Positions 16,521-25,846 of a stretch of 39,745 nucleotides of DNA are shown here, in pieces. The notes beneath the pieces are model-generated. The model saw only the letters and a program-made list of their open reading frames with translations, did not search any database and was not told where the DNA came from. The stretch is taken from IMG/VR virus record IMGVR_UViG_2579778884_000013. One strand, written 5' to 3'. Position 1 is the stretch's first letter, and each line of letters opens with the position of its first letter. This stretch comes from a virus. Taxonomy: Duplodnaviria > Heunggongvirae > Uroviricota > Caudoviricetes. The position numbers and the translations under genes were made by a program.

Positions 16521-18991
16521 CAGAACCCCCCAACAGTAAGGCGAGGAATAACGGCAAGAACAGACAGCGGCAACGGGTCAAGCTGACGGATTTTTACACG
16601 TCCGTTTTTGCCCCAGTTACTGTCCAGTTTCACTTCTACTTTTCCGGTAGCATCATCAACAGGATCATCGTAGAACTCGAATTCACGCTGTGGATATTCG
16701 TACCATTTACCGCCAGGCGTAGTCGCCCAGATGCCGCGGCTGGCATTCACAACCAGAGTAACGGAGGGGATCACCTGTTTTTTGTCCAGCAGCGTTTCCT
16801 GTCCGTTAATGTTGATATCCAGTGTTTCGAATTCAGCAGTTATTGGCAGGCCGATGTGCACTACAGCCCCCGGAGATTCCAGTGTGACGGCACCTCCGGA
16901 AACAACTTTCTGTGGCTCAACATTCGCATCAGAAAGAATGTTTACGGTCTGGCCTTCAAGATGAGACAGGCCTCCAAATGTCCGGCGCGCCATCTGCCAG
17001 TTCGTGGTGGCCACATTCCTGAGGGATGGCGGGACGTTCCTGTTAGCACGAACCACTACAGCGGTATTGCTGGTTACAGAAATAATGTCGCAACGTAATT
17101 CTTTTGACACTTCATCGCCAGTATCAGGATCAGTTCCGGTATAAGGGAACTGTAGTTGCGCGCCGACATCACTACTGGTGAAGTACGCACCACCAGAAAC
17201 ACTGATTGTATATTCCGCATGGTAATCCCATTCACCAGAACCACCAGTGATGGTCATCGTTCTGTCAGACGTATTTCTTCCATCATAGCTAAGGCCAGAA
17301 TCAACAAAGAAAGCATCTTCATCGCTGGTAAATAAACGGCTGGACAGTCGCTCGATGTATCTCACTGTTTGCCCGTTAACGGTTCGGTTAACGACGAAAT
17401 ACACCGCATCTTCATTGCCTTCGCTGATACTGCATGTGCTTTCATATTTTCCGGTACTGGATTGTGGTGCCCATGCAAAAACCTGCTGATCACGCAAATA
17501 GGTCATCACCAGTAATTTACCGTCATCACGAATGCAGAAGGCACTGGAGTAAGGGACAATCGAGAAGCACCAGTCAACAATGCTGTGCTTCTGAAAAAGA
17601 TGATTGGCAAGGATGGTCAGGTCGTTCCCCTGATAGCCGTCAACATCGAATGAGTAGGCCAGATCACGGACAACGCTGCCTTTCTCCTGGACGAACAGAG
17701 CAATATTCGCCACGGCAATTGGCGGGACGTTGCTTGAGCCATTTGATCCCTGAGAGCTGAATGCAAATGATGATGGGGTTAACACTTTGTTCTGGTCGCC
17801 GGTGATGACGTACTCACCTCCGGAAGTCAGCGCCACCAGAGAACCAACATCAATCAGGTGGCGGATCTCATTAACCTGACGTCCGGCATAGGTGTAGATA
17901 ATTCTGTCGTCATCCTGCGTAGGATTGCTTTTGCCAAAATCCTTATAATCCCCGGTACGGCTGGCCCAGATAGTCTGAGGAAACGCAGTCGATGCGGCGA
18001 AGTAAAGACGTTGTTGATAATAAACAACAGTGCCAGGATAACCATTAACACTGTTCCAGGCATATTTAGCCCATTTATAGCTGGCATTATCCTCGCCAAC
18101 GACCTGCGAAGGGATATAGGAAATCACCTCAGCAGTTGCAGTAGTGCCATTTGCAGCAGTGATACGGGCAATGCCAAAACCACTGTGCAGATACTCCCAC
18201 TCAATGCCAGTATCATCATCACCGGATCCGCCCCAGCCATCCCATGATGTGCCTTCTGTATGCGAAGGGCGCAAAGTACCTGTTTTGCCTGCTGTAACGG
18301 CGCGATAGTAGTTACTGTCTGCACGGCGAATATCGCCAATCGACGTACTCTTACTGGTTTCCCATACCGGCACAGAATCCACTGCAGGCTGTTCCAGATA
18401 GAACAATTTGCCTACCTGCTCCGCGCCAAAAATAGAGGCGCTTGCCGTTAACGTAATTGTCCCGGTGCTGGCGCTGGCATAAACCGTCACTGACTCGTCA
18501 ATATTGATATCTTCAAATGGCCCGTTCTTCGTTACCACATCAACCAGTTGCCAGTTGTCATGCGCATAGCGGCGCAACTCTTTCGGCGGGTATGCCGGAT
18601 GAACCAGCGTAAGCACGTCTGCGCTTTGCGTGAATTTAATTCGGAACAGATCGGCTTCAGTATATGGCGTGGAAATTTCATAAATAACATTGCTGCTGTT
18701 CAGCACCAACGCACCATCTTTGATAACGCGCATGTACTGGTGTCCGAACTCCAGAGCATAGGTCTGAACCGTCGAGAACTGGAACGGGATCAGGCGGCAT
18801 TTCCGATTTGGGTATTTGGCGGCACCGACAAAACGCGTACCAGGTCGATTCTCAACGCCGCCATACTGCCGCACGATAAAGTTATCGCACTTGCGCAATG
18901 CCACCTGGTACTTCGCCATGTCGATACGACCGTACAACGACGGTCCAATCTCACCACCGGCAAAGCTGGGCTGTATCCAACTGATAGCCAT
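16520..18991 (-). CDS. Tail tubular protein B-like (nozzle; T7 gp12-like)
   Basis: 823 aa, size and position as T7 gp12; follows gp11-like gene with 1-nt overlap. Confidence 0.55.
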   Translation of the reverse strand: MAISWIQPSFAGGEIGPSLYGRIDMAKYQVALRKCDNFIVRQYGGVENRPGTRFVGAAKYPNRKCRLIPFQFSTVQTYALEFGHQYMRVIKDGALVLNSSNVIYEISTPYTEADLFRIKFTQSADVLTLVHPAYPPKELRRYAHDNWQLVDVVTKNGPFEDINIDESVTVYASASTGTITLTASASIFGAEQVGKLFYLEQPAVDSVPVWETSKSTSIGDIRRADSNYYRAVTAGKTGTLRPSHTEGTSWDGWGGSGDDDTGIEWEYLHSGFGIARITAANGTTATAEVISYIPSQVVGEDNASYKWAKYAWNSVNGYPGTVVYYQQRLYFAASTAFPQTIWASRTGDYKDFGKSNPTQDDDRIIYTYAGRQVNEIRHLIDVGSLVALTSGGEYVITGDQNKVLTPSSFAFSSQGSNGSSNVPPIAVANIALFVQEKGSVVRDLAYSFDVDGYQGNDLTILANHLFQKHSIVDWCFSIVPYSSAFCIRDDGKLLVMTYLRDQQVFAWAPQSSTGKYESTCSISEGNEDAVYFVVNRTVNGQTVRYIERLSSRLFTSDEDAFFVDSGLSYDGRNTSDRTMTITGGSGEWDYHAEYTISVSGGAYFTSSDVGAQLQFPYTGTDPDTGDEVSKELRCDIISVTSNTAVVVRANRNVPPSLRNVATTNWQMARRTFGGLSHLEGQTVNILSDANVEPQKVVSGGAVTLESPGAVVHIGLPITAEFETLDININGQETLLDKKQVIPSVTLVVNASRGIWATTPGGKWYEYPQREFEFYDDPVDDATGKVEVKLDSNWGKNGRVKIRQLDPLPLSVLAVIPRLTVGGF

Positions 18992-19596
18992 CAGGACAAC
19001 CTCGCAATGGTAAACTCGTCAACCGGTGGCTGTGGTTCCTGTGATTCATTCTGGCTATGCGAGCCAGCACTAAGAATCACGCGATTGTACATATTGAGGG
19101 CAAACGTACCGAGGTCTGCATTCCCAGTCAGCGCCATGTTAATAGCTGCCGCAAGACGCCAGGCCAACGCCTCCATAAAAATGGCATCAAACATGTTCAC
19201 ATCTGTAACGCGAGAGACATACTTGAGCCATGCCTGAGGCTGGTCTGTGTAGATCAACTTTCCTGTTCCGTTGGTGTCTACACCTACTTCGTACTGAACG
19301 CGCATTGCTGCTGTTGGATTGCGTACACCAGGAAGCATAATTTCAGTAATGCGCAGACAATCGGACGGGTACTGATACGCATATTCCCAGTCAGGCGGTG
19401 GATTGCTCGTATCTGCCAGCGCCACGCGTTTGGTAGCAAAGTTCCAGTCAAAATCAGAAAGCACAGCATCACGGCAGGCCTCAAAGTGCAGCGAACATTC
19501 CCCCGCTTCCTTGCTGGCTTCCGTCAGGCTGTTAATGCTGCGGCTATTGCCAATATTGGACAGCGCACGATTGCAGATCTCTACTACAGAGGCCAT
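18991..19596 (-). CDS. Tail tubular protein A-like (adaptor; T7 gp11-like)
   Basis: 201 aa; N-terminus VVEICNRALSNIGNSRSINSLTE resembles T7 gp11 N-terminus; precedes gp12-like gene. Confidence 0.5.
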   Translation of the reverse strand: MASVVEICNRALSNIGNSRSINSLTEASKEAGECSLHFEACRDAVLSDFDWNFATKRVALADTSNPPPDWEYAYQYPSDCLRITEIMLPGVRNPTAAMRVQYEVGVDTNGTGKLIYTDQPQAWLKYVSRVTDVNMFDAIFMEALAWRLAAAINMALTGNADLGTFALNMYNRVILSAGSHSQNESQEPQPPVDEFTIARLS

Positions 19597-19919
19597 TACT
19601 CACCCCCATTGCCGTACAGGGTTTCAGCCGCTGATTTTTCTACATCCCCGGAAACAGGAGCGATCGCCATATCAGTGATCTGCAGATCGGCGCTGCGATT
19701 AACACCATCGTCAGTTTCTCTGGCAGACAGGCCTCGAATAACAGCCTTTGCAGTTATCATCACTTCTGTTCCGACGCCCTGAGGTTGCGCCTTCAGCTTA
19801 TTCAATGTGTCGTTATTAAGAGTGATGCACAGCCCCCACGGGTATTCATCGCGAGTTCTGGTTTCTCCGCTCTCATCCTGGTAGCTGTCAGTGCCGGTTT
19901 TGAGGTTTACGAGTTCCAT
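19596..19919 (-). CDS. Hypothetical virion/head-tail protein
   Basis: ATG at 19919 with AGGAG RBS (track start 19925 is GTG); hairpin with UUCG-type loop just upstream (19936-19953). Confidence 0.5.
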   Translation of the reverse strand: MELVNLKTGTDSYQDESGETRTRDEYPWGLCITLNNDTLNKLKAQPQGVGTEVMITAKAVIRGLSARETDDGVNRSADLQITDMAIAPVSGDVEKSAAETLYGNGGE

Positions 19920-19969
19920 ATACACTCCTGCAATAAAGGGGCCGAAGCCCCTTGTCTGATCCGCGAGGC

Positions 19970-20305
19970 TTACACGCCCAGTTCTTTACGCTTATCTGCG
20001 ATCTTCTCGCGGAGCGTTTCGGCTTTGGCGTTATGGTGTGGCTTCTCGTTAAAGAGCAATTCGTACTCTTCACGGAGCTTATCCAGTTCACCATCATCTG
20101 ACACATCGTTGATGATTTTGGTGCTGGTTGCTGCCATTGACTCTTTTCCTGCAACTTTTGCTTTTGCCTGTCTGGCTGCATCGTTAACAGGTTCCAGTGC
20201 GCTACCAGGCTCACCTTCGTATTCGATTTCTGCCCCCTCCGGCCACAGAGTGTTATGGATATGAGAGAGGCGCAGAACGCGGTATCTTGGTTTCTCACCT
20301 GACAT
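19970..20305 (-). CDS. Hypothetical virion protein
   Basis: ATG at 20305 with AAGGTGA RBS (track start 20314 is GTG). Confidence 0.5.
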   Translation of the reverse strand: MSGEKPRYRVLRLSHIHNTLWPEGAEIEYEGEPGSALEPVNDAARQAKAKVAGKESMAATSTKIINDVSDDGELDKLREEYELLFNEKPHHNAKAETLREKIADKRKELGV

Positions 20306-20315
20306 AAATATCACC

Positions 20316-20753
20316 TTAACCAGTTACTTTTGAGCGGATCGGATACGGCGTATTGGCATCAACATCAAGATTGATACCCGCAGTGAATTTGCCAGCCGTT
20401 AGTGGGCCAGTTGCGACGGAGTAGTTAACACGCAGATATCGCTGAACACCGGCTGGCACCTTTGCAGAAACAACTCGCTTACCTGCTGTCAGGGTGGCCT
20501 TTGCCAGTGCGCCACTATCATAAATAGTGGACCATGAGCTGTTATCCTCACTCGTCTGCAACTGGATGTTTACAGTTGCATCACCGCTTGCTGCGGCGGC
20601 TGTGTTAACCAGCGCCCAAAACTCAAGCGGGTAACCCACGCCGATATCACGACGTTTTCCGTCAATTGGACCGAGATCGATTACGTCAGTAGAAGCCGCG
20701 GTATCAGTTACCGCCTGTGCTTCGGAGAACATCAACAGTTTGTCGGTGATCAT
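20316..20753 (-). CDS. Putative capsid decoration/accessory protein
   Basis: 145 aa immediately downstream of major capsid gene; GGAG RBS; preceded by 7-bp hairpin (20769-20788). Confidence 0.45.
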   Translation of the reverse strand: MITDKLLMFSEAQAVTDTAASTDVIDLGPIDGKRRDIGVGYPLEFWALVNTAAAASGDATVNIQLQTSEDNSSWSTIYDSGALAKATLTAGKRVVSAKVPAGVQRYLRVNYSVATGPLTAGKFTAGINLDVDANTPYPIRSKVTG

Positions 20754-20804
20754 CTTCTTTCTCCATTAGTGGGTCTGTTACGACCCACAGGTTAATAACA
20801 GGCG

Positions 20805-21797
20805 TTACACCACGCAGGCTTCTGTTTCCAGAAGCGCATCAGTTTCACGGATTGGTACACCACGGAATGAAGTCCACCACTCGCCTTCTGTCTCTTTTAC
20901 GCTGATCGCCAGAGATGTTTTCTCCAGAGATTGCAGATCAAGAGCCTGGCCTACAGTGCGGTTCATGTAGAACACCGGGCGACCCATGCCACGATTTGGA
21001 ATGCGATGCAGTGCTTTAACCATCAACTTCGCAATATTTGCGGCAGAGGAAGGTTCTGAAAGATTGCTGACATCGATGTTTGCAATGCGAACAACATAAC
21101 GCCAGTCACGCAGAGCAAGTCCGTTATCCCATTTGTAATGGGTGCGATAGCCTTCGTACTTGCCGCCATTAGCATCTTCCAGTGTCACCTGGCCTTTATC
21201 TTCCATCTGGATGCCAGCCTTCTGCCCTTTCGGGAAGATGCCATGCACGGTGTTTTCGCCCCACACCACTAACCAGATTGAGGTGTTATCTGTACCCGTG
21301 CCACCAGCATCAATGATGTTCTGAGCATTACCCGCAGACAGGCTGGAATAGCGGGAGGACAGTCCCATAAACTGCTGAGGGTTAACGCTGGAATCACCAT
21401 AAAACAGCGTCTGCGCCATCTGCTGATTCATCGCTTCAATAAATGCGCGGTCTTCAGACAGGCGGAATTCGGCGGTATTGCCGTTCAGATCAGCCAGTGA
21501 CTTATCGACTTCCGCATAGGTTTCCAGCATGCCAACGGAATCGGTTACCTGTACTGTGGTTGATTTGCTTGGCTGTACGCCATAGTTCAGCAAACGCCAG
21601 GTAGCTGAAGGTAAACCAGAACGAATGGTGGTTCGGTGTCCGGTAGGAAGATTCCCTTCGACAAAAGGCATATCCTGAAGGATCGGGTTAGTTTGACCGA
21701 GAAGCTCGATAATCTTATCGACTTTCCCGTTTGGATCGACGCGCTTACCCCAGTCAGCCAGCGTTAGCGCAGTTAAGCCTTTAACAGCCATTGTCAT
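20805..21797 (-). CDS. Major capsid protein
   Basis: 330 aa; strong GAGAGG RBS; position after scaffolding-like gene and before decoration/tail genes. Confidence 0.7.
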   Translation of the reverse strand: MTMAVKGLTALTLADWGKRVDPNGKVDKIIELLGQTNPILQDMPFVEGNLPTGHRTTIRSGLPSATWRLLNYGVQPSKSTTVQVTDSVGMLETYAEVDKSLADLNGNTAEFRLSEDRAFIEAMNQQMAQTLFYGDSSVNPQQFMGLSSRYSSLSAGNAQNIIDAGGTGTDNTSIWLVVWGENTVHGIFPKGQKAGIQMEDKGQVTLEDANGGKYEGYRTHYKWDNGLALRDWRYVVRIANIDVSNLSEPSSAANIAKLMVKALHRIPNRGMGRPVFYMNRTVGQALDLQSLEKTSLAISVKETEGEWWTSFRGVPIRETDALLETEACVV

Positions 21798-21805
21798 TTC
21801 CTCTC

Positions 21806-22501
21806 TTATTTGCCATAGAGCACTTCGGCCGCACTACGCTGGCCTTCATTACCACCGGTGACCATGCCATCTTCAGACATCGCCTTTCCGATTTTCACGA
21901 ACGTTTTGACCAGATCAGGGTGATTACCCAGTCCGGTGGTGTTCAGATATTCTTTGAGTTCAGGTGTCCCGAACTGGTCAAGCGCACGCTGTGCGGCGCT
22001 AAGGTTAGAAATCAACTTGTCGCCACCGATTTCTTTGTCAGCTTTTACATCCGCAGCCCACTGCTCGGTTGTTTTCTGCCAGGCTTCTGCCTGGCGCTGC
22101 TGAACACCTGCCAGAATCTTCGGATAAGCATCAACCAGCTTTTGCGCTTGCTCGTTGGTCAGGTTTAGTTCTCGCGCCACCGGCTCGAATTCCTTCAACG
22201 CTTCTGTATCCAGCTCTACGCCTTCGGCAGCCTGAAACTCGTACTTCTCCGGCGCACCCTCCGGTTTATCGCCGCCCTTTTTTTCATCCTGCTTATCGTT
22301 TTCAGGCTTTTTGTCATCAGCAGGTTTATCGCCATCAGCAACAGGTTGTGGCTTATCACCTTCCTGTTGTGATGGTTCACCAACTGGAGCAGGGGTATCA
22401 CCTGCAGGCGCTGACGGTTCTGACGCAGCCGGAGCTGCTCCACCATCGACTGGTTGCTCATTGCAAAGACGGCGATACAGCAAACGCTCAAATAAATTCA
22501 T
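21806..22501 (-). CDS. Scaffolding protein
   Basis: Acidic/Pro/Lys-rich low-complexity N-half, helical C-half; between portal and capsid; ATG 22501 with AGGAG RBS (track start 22507 is GTG). Confidence 0.6.
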   Translation of the reverse strand: MNLFERLLYRRLCNEQPVDGGAAPAASEPSAPAGDTPAPVGEPSQQEGDKPQPVADGDKPADDKKPENDKQDEKKGGDKPEGAPEKYEFQAAEGVELDTEALKEFEPVARELNLTNEQAQKLVDAYPKILAGVQQRQAEAWQKTTEQWAADVKADKEIGGDKLISNLSAAQRALDQFGTPELKEYLNTTGLGNHPDLVKTFVKIGKAMSEDGMVTGGNEGQRSAAEVLYGK

Positions 22502-22503
22502 GA

Positions 22504-22800
22504 TCACTCCTGTTCACTGGCCTCTTTGGCCATCTTCAAATACTGTTCAGGGCAATGCGCCATAACGCGCTGAAACAGTTCCAGCGCCAGATTGCGTTGC
22601 CCCTCATTAAATGCCATTGCCATAGCGTCCATCGGTGAGATAGCGGAAAACACACGGCCTTTCTCCAGCACCGACCAGACAACGCGACGCCCCTGTTCAC
22701 TGCTCATGACAAAGCGAATGTCATCAATTTCACGCTGCGCCATGTCACGTTGCTTACGGGCGTTTTCTTCTTTCAGTTGATCGTCTTCGTAATCAGTCAT
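22504..22800 (-). CDS. Hypothetical protein between portal and scaffold
   Basis: 98 aa; start overlaps portal stop (ATGA). Confidence 0.5.
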   Translation of the reverse strand: MTDYEDDQLKEENARKQRDMAQREIDDIRFVMSSEQGRRVVWSVLEKGRVFSAISPMDAMAMAFNEGQRNLALELFQRVMAHCPEQYLKMAKEASEQE

Positions 22801-24476
22801 TGTGATTGCCCACCCTGACCACTAACTGCATTCGCCATAGCTGACAAAACACTCGGATCCGAAGTTTTAGCTTCGCTTAGCGTCTTGGCGCCCTGTGCCG
22901 CCGCCATCCCCATCGCCATCATTTGTTGCTGCTGTTGCTGCTGTGCCCGTTGCTGGCGAGCCTGCTCAACCTGTTCCTGCGGAACAATGACGGTTGGAGA
23001 CACTCCGGACATATCAGCGAATGCATCGATCGCCTGATCAACGTTGAGTTTGTCGAGAGCTTCTGGTTTCGCTTGCGCAAGTTGACCAATGAAGTTGACC
23101 GTAGACGCCAGACTGGACAGGCCGATAGACTTCTGCGCCTGAGCCATGACGGAAATGTATTCGACCTTCAGGGGCATACCTTCCATCACGTCTGGCGGTG
23201 GCGGCAGCATGTTTTTACGCACCATCATTGAGAAAGCGCGGTCAATGAGAGGATTAAGACATTCGTCGTTCAGACGCTCCAGAACCGGCCCCAACATCAG
23301 AAGTTTTTCTTCTTTCATTTCGATCACTGCTTCAACAGGCATCGAGCGGGTATTGATGTTCTGCAACATCATGAACAGATCGACAAAGTAGGCGCTGTTA
23401 ATGATTTGACGAGTGTCCTGAATGTCTGCTACCAGATCTGCTGTACTGGGGTTAACCAGATAAGCAGGCCTGAAGCCATCCTGACCAGTAATCTGATCGA
23501 TATACGTGATGTCGCCAGGAAGAAGGGAGGCGCGCTGATTCTTGAGGGAAGTCGGAGCAACCATCGGCGGATTGGTGGCTTTATCAATCAACTGCGACTT
23601 GCGCTTCTGGAGAAGTTGCAATGCCTTAACAGGTCCAAGCGCCAGCATACCCGGGCATGATGATCCATAAACATCTTCGCCATTAACTTCCCAGCGCGGA
23701 GCCATAATTGGAAACTCATCAAATCCGGACTCACGCAACAACTTGTCGTTATCGCCACCAACCTCGTAATAAACCGATTTGAATGGCTTGTTCTTGCTAT
23801 CCAGCTTCGATGTATCGCGGTCAATGTTCGGGTAAACCGAATGCATCACGTCAATCCACTTCTCGTAGGTGCCGCTTTCCCACATGCTTTTTACGGATTC
23901 GCTGACGTTATTTAGCCCGAACTCCTGAACAAGCTGACGAACAGTCATAGAGAACTTGCGAAAACAGGTGTCCACACTGCCACGAGGTGAGTTAGCCAGG
24001 TAGTAACTGCCTATCGGGAATGGCATTGTGCGAATGATGTCCTCGTCATCCTCCAGCACCGCCATTGCACCAGTGCTGTATGTGCCGAGGCTTCCGTATA
24101 ACTGCGGAAGAGACTGGTAGAGATTCGACTTATTGAACATATCGTTCATGCGGTTCTGCACCGCCTCGAGCCACAACTTAACAGGACCATAATCCATCAT
24201 TTCAGGATCTGGCGTAGCCAGGCGAAACCACGGACGCGCGGGGCTTGTGATGCCTGACATCATGCCGCTGGCGAGAGTGCGCGCCGCCATAGTCCCGGTC
24301 GAATCAATAATGCGTGTATTGCGTCGATCGTTACGGTTGACCTCAGAAGTCAGAAAGCGGGAACCACGCGGGTTGATGTAATCACTCAACTCGCGCCAGT
24401 GCGGCTCAAACGACTGACGCTCGCTTTCAAGTTGTGCGAACTGTTTGTTCAATCGCTCTTTAGTTGTTTCCGCCAT
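22797..24476 (-). CDS. Portal protein
   Basis: 559 aa; GGAG RBS; C-terminal Gln/Ala-rich tail; first large gene of structural block after terminase. Confidence 0.75.
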   Translation of the reverse strand: MAETTKERLNKQFAQLESERQSFEPHWRELSDYINPRGSRFLTSEVNRNDRRNTRIIDSTGTMAARTLASGMMSGITSPARPWFRLATPDPEMMDYGPVKLWLEAVQNRMNDMFNKSNLYQSLPQLYGSLGTYSTGAMAVLEDDEDIIRTMPFPIGSYYLANSPRGSVDTCFRKFSMTVRQLVQEFGLNNVSESVKSMWESGTYEKWIDVMHSVYPNIDRDTSKLDSKNKPFKSVYYEVGGDNDKLLRESGFDEFPIMAPRWEVNGEDVYGSSCPGMLALGPVKALQLLQKRKSQLIDKATNPPMVAPTSLKNQRASLLPGDITYIDQITGQDGFRPAYLVNPSTADLVADIQDTRQIINSAYFVDLFMMLQNINTRSMPVEAVIEMKEEKLLMLGPVLERLNDECLNPLIDRAFSMMVRKNMLPPPPDVMEGMPLKVEYISVMAQAQKSIGLSSLASTVNFIGQLAQAKPEALDKLNVDQAIDAFADMSGVSPTVIVPQEQVEQARQQRAQQQQQQQMMAMGMAAAQGAKTLSEAKTSDPSVLSAMANAVSGQGGQSQ

Positions 24477-24490
24477 TTCAATGACTCCGG

Positions 24491-24697
24491 TTACTGACCA
24501 AGCAGCGTTTTACCGCTGGTATTAGCGGTTGATGTGTCGCCCTGAGAACCGGTAAGCAGCGTAGAACTACGACCAGCAGCAGCGCGACGGCGACGTGTTT
24601 CTTCGTCGCGGGCATCAACAACGGCGACATCCTGCTCCTGTGGTGCTGCCTGAACTTCTGGTGTTGCAGGCACTGATGGTGAGCTACCCATGCACAT
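24491..24697 (-). CDS. Possible small protein preceding portal (68 aa)
   Basis: GGAG RBS about 9 nt upstream of ATG 24697; overlapping alternate frame exists; weak support. Confidence 0.3.
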   Translation of the reverse strand: MCMGSSPSVPATPEVQAAPQEQDVAVVDARDEETRRRRAAAGRSSTLLTGSQGDTSTANTSGKTLLGQ

Positions 24698-24787
24698 ATC
24701 AATGACTCCGTACGCAATTAAATTATTACCAATTTAACCACATATGTTTTATTTATCGTAGAAGGTTGACATTTAACGCGCTAATTA

Positions 24788-24802
24788 TTACCTTTCAGGT
24801 AA
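24788..24802. promoter_or_regulatory. Operator-like palindrome TTACC-N5-GGTAA (TTACCTTTCAGGTAA, identical to 5718 site)
   Basis: Lies between - strand late operon start and + strand tRNA unit; TTGACA hexamer at 24766-24771. Confidence 0.45.
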
Positions 24803-25124
24803 CTAAAGAGTTCATTCCGGTTACTAACCTGACTGGCTTGTCGTTAAATTGAACAGGTGGAGTGAGCTTTTATTTTGAGCAGTACGGCGTATGGCACATG
24901 CGCCGATAGCGGTCTGGATACGTTTAAGGGGCACCCTCCCTTGCTCGGGCAAACGAACCAGGTAGCCGGAATGTGCAAGTCGAGCGGTTTTATTCCGCGC
25001 ACGGGGATTCACCATCCCGGCGATTCGGTGTGACGCCTCGGAAGAGACGAGGGTACAACGATGAGAGCATTTATGGAGCCGCGACAAAGTGTGGCGCCTT
25101 AACAGGCTAAGTGCTCTCAGCGTT

Positions 25125-25201
25125 GTGGCATTAGCTCAGTTGGACAGAGCAACCGCCTTCTAAGCGGTTGGTCGCAGGTTCGAATCCTGCATGCCACGCC
25201 A
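25125..25201 (+). tRNA. tRNA-Arg (anticodon UCU, reads AGA)
   Basis: Cloverleaf read directly: acceptor GTGGCAT/ATGCCAC, D-arm GCTC-AGTTGGACA-GAGC, anticodon arm ACCGC-CTTCTAA-GCGGT, T-arm GCAGG-TTCGAAT-CCTGC, discriminator G, encoded CCA. Confidence 0.85.
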
Positions 25202-25244
25202 GAATCACGCCTAAGGACCGTGATGCCAGAAGTTCCAGGGGGTT

Positions 25245-25287
25245 GGCGGTGATGGTTTCCCTTGAAGGACTATCACCGCCCTTTTTA
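25245..25287 (+). terminator. Rho-independent terminator after tRNA
   Basis: 9-bp stem GGCGGTGAT/ATCACCGCC around 18-nt loop, followed by CTTTTT. Confidence 0.55.
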
Positions 25288-25364
25288 CAGCAGGACGCCA
25301 TTGCGATGACTTCATGCTGTAAACCAGTACAGCCACGGAAGGCATAACTCATTGCTTCCAGTTC

Positions 25365-25388
25365 GCCCGGTTCGCCGGGCATTTTTTT
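25365..25388 (+). terminator. Strong hairpin with U-tract abutting RBS of Gp49-like gene (terminator or attenuator)
   Basis: GCCCGG-TTCG-CCGGGC (UUCG tetraloop) followed by ATTTTTTT, then AAGGTGAG RBS and ATG 25400. Confidence 0.55.
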
Positions 25389-25399
25389 AAGGTGAGATT

Positions 25400-25756
25400 A
25401 TGAACGACCAGCAAATCGAAAAAGAAATCGTTGAGAAAGGCAAAACCGCTCCGCGAGTTACGCCTCAATATATCGAAAGCATCATTCTTGAAGAGCATTT
25501 CTTTACTGCTTATGACGGCATTCGTGCTGCCAATATGGGCGTTGGCGATTCATGGACAGCGCATAAATCTACAGACCTCCTGACTTTCTGCGTATTGGTA
25601 CTGAAGAATGGCTTCACCGTCACCGGAGAGAGTGCCTGTGCAAGTCCGGAAAATTTTGATGCAGAAATTGGTCGGAAGATTGCCCGGCAGAATGCTGTAA
25701 ACAAAATCTGGATGCTCGAAGGTTACTTGCTGAAGCAGAAGTTAAGCGAGCAATAA
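25400..25756 (+). CDS. Gp49-like phage protein (N4 Gp49 / Sf6 gene 66 family), function unknown
   Basis: Motifs TAPRVTP, LKNGFTVTGES, WMLEGYLL recalled from this family; encoded antisense to flanking late genes. Confidence 0.55.
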   Translation: MNDQQIEKEIVEKGKTAPRVTPQYIESIILEEHFFTAYDGIRAANMGVGDSWTAHKSTDLLTFCVLVLKNGFTVTGESACASPENFDAEIGRKIARQNAVNKIWMLEGYLLKQKLSEQ

Positions 25757-25846
25757 CACCGTGGCATGTCACAAACAGCAAGCCTATGAACTGGCTTTGT
25801 TTTATCCTCACCAGAAGATATCAACGACATTATCCCCACCAGCGAA

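Noticed and set aside
25125-25201. tRNA-Arg as a host attachment site separating two adjacent prophages
   Set aside because: Terminase, portal, scaffold and capsid run uninterrupted on the same strand across it; the tRNA has paired compensatory stem changes relative to host-like argU, its own terminator, and phage-type operator sequence upstream. A phage-encoded tRNA fits better, though without the host genome this is not absolute.
24824-25382. Minus-strand ORFs 24824..25087 and 25131..25382
   Set aside because: The second is antisense across the tRNA and its terminator; the first lies in the GC-rich leader, has no RBS and an implausibly basic composition.
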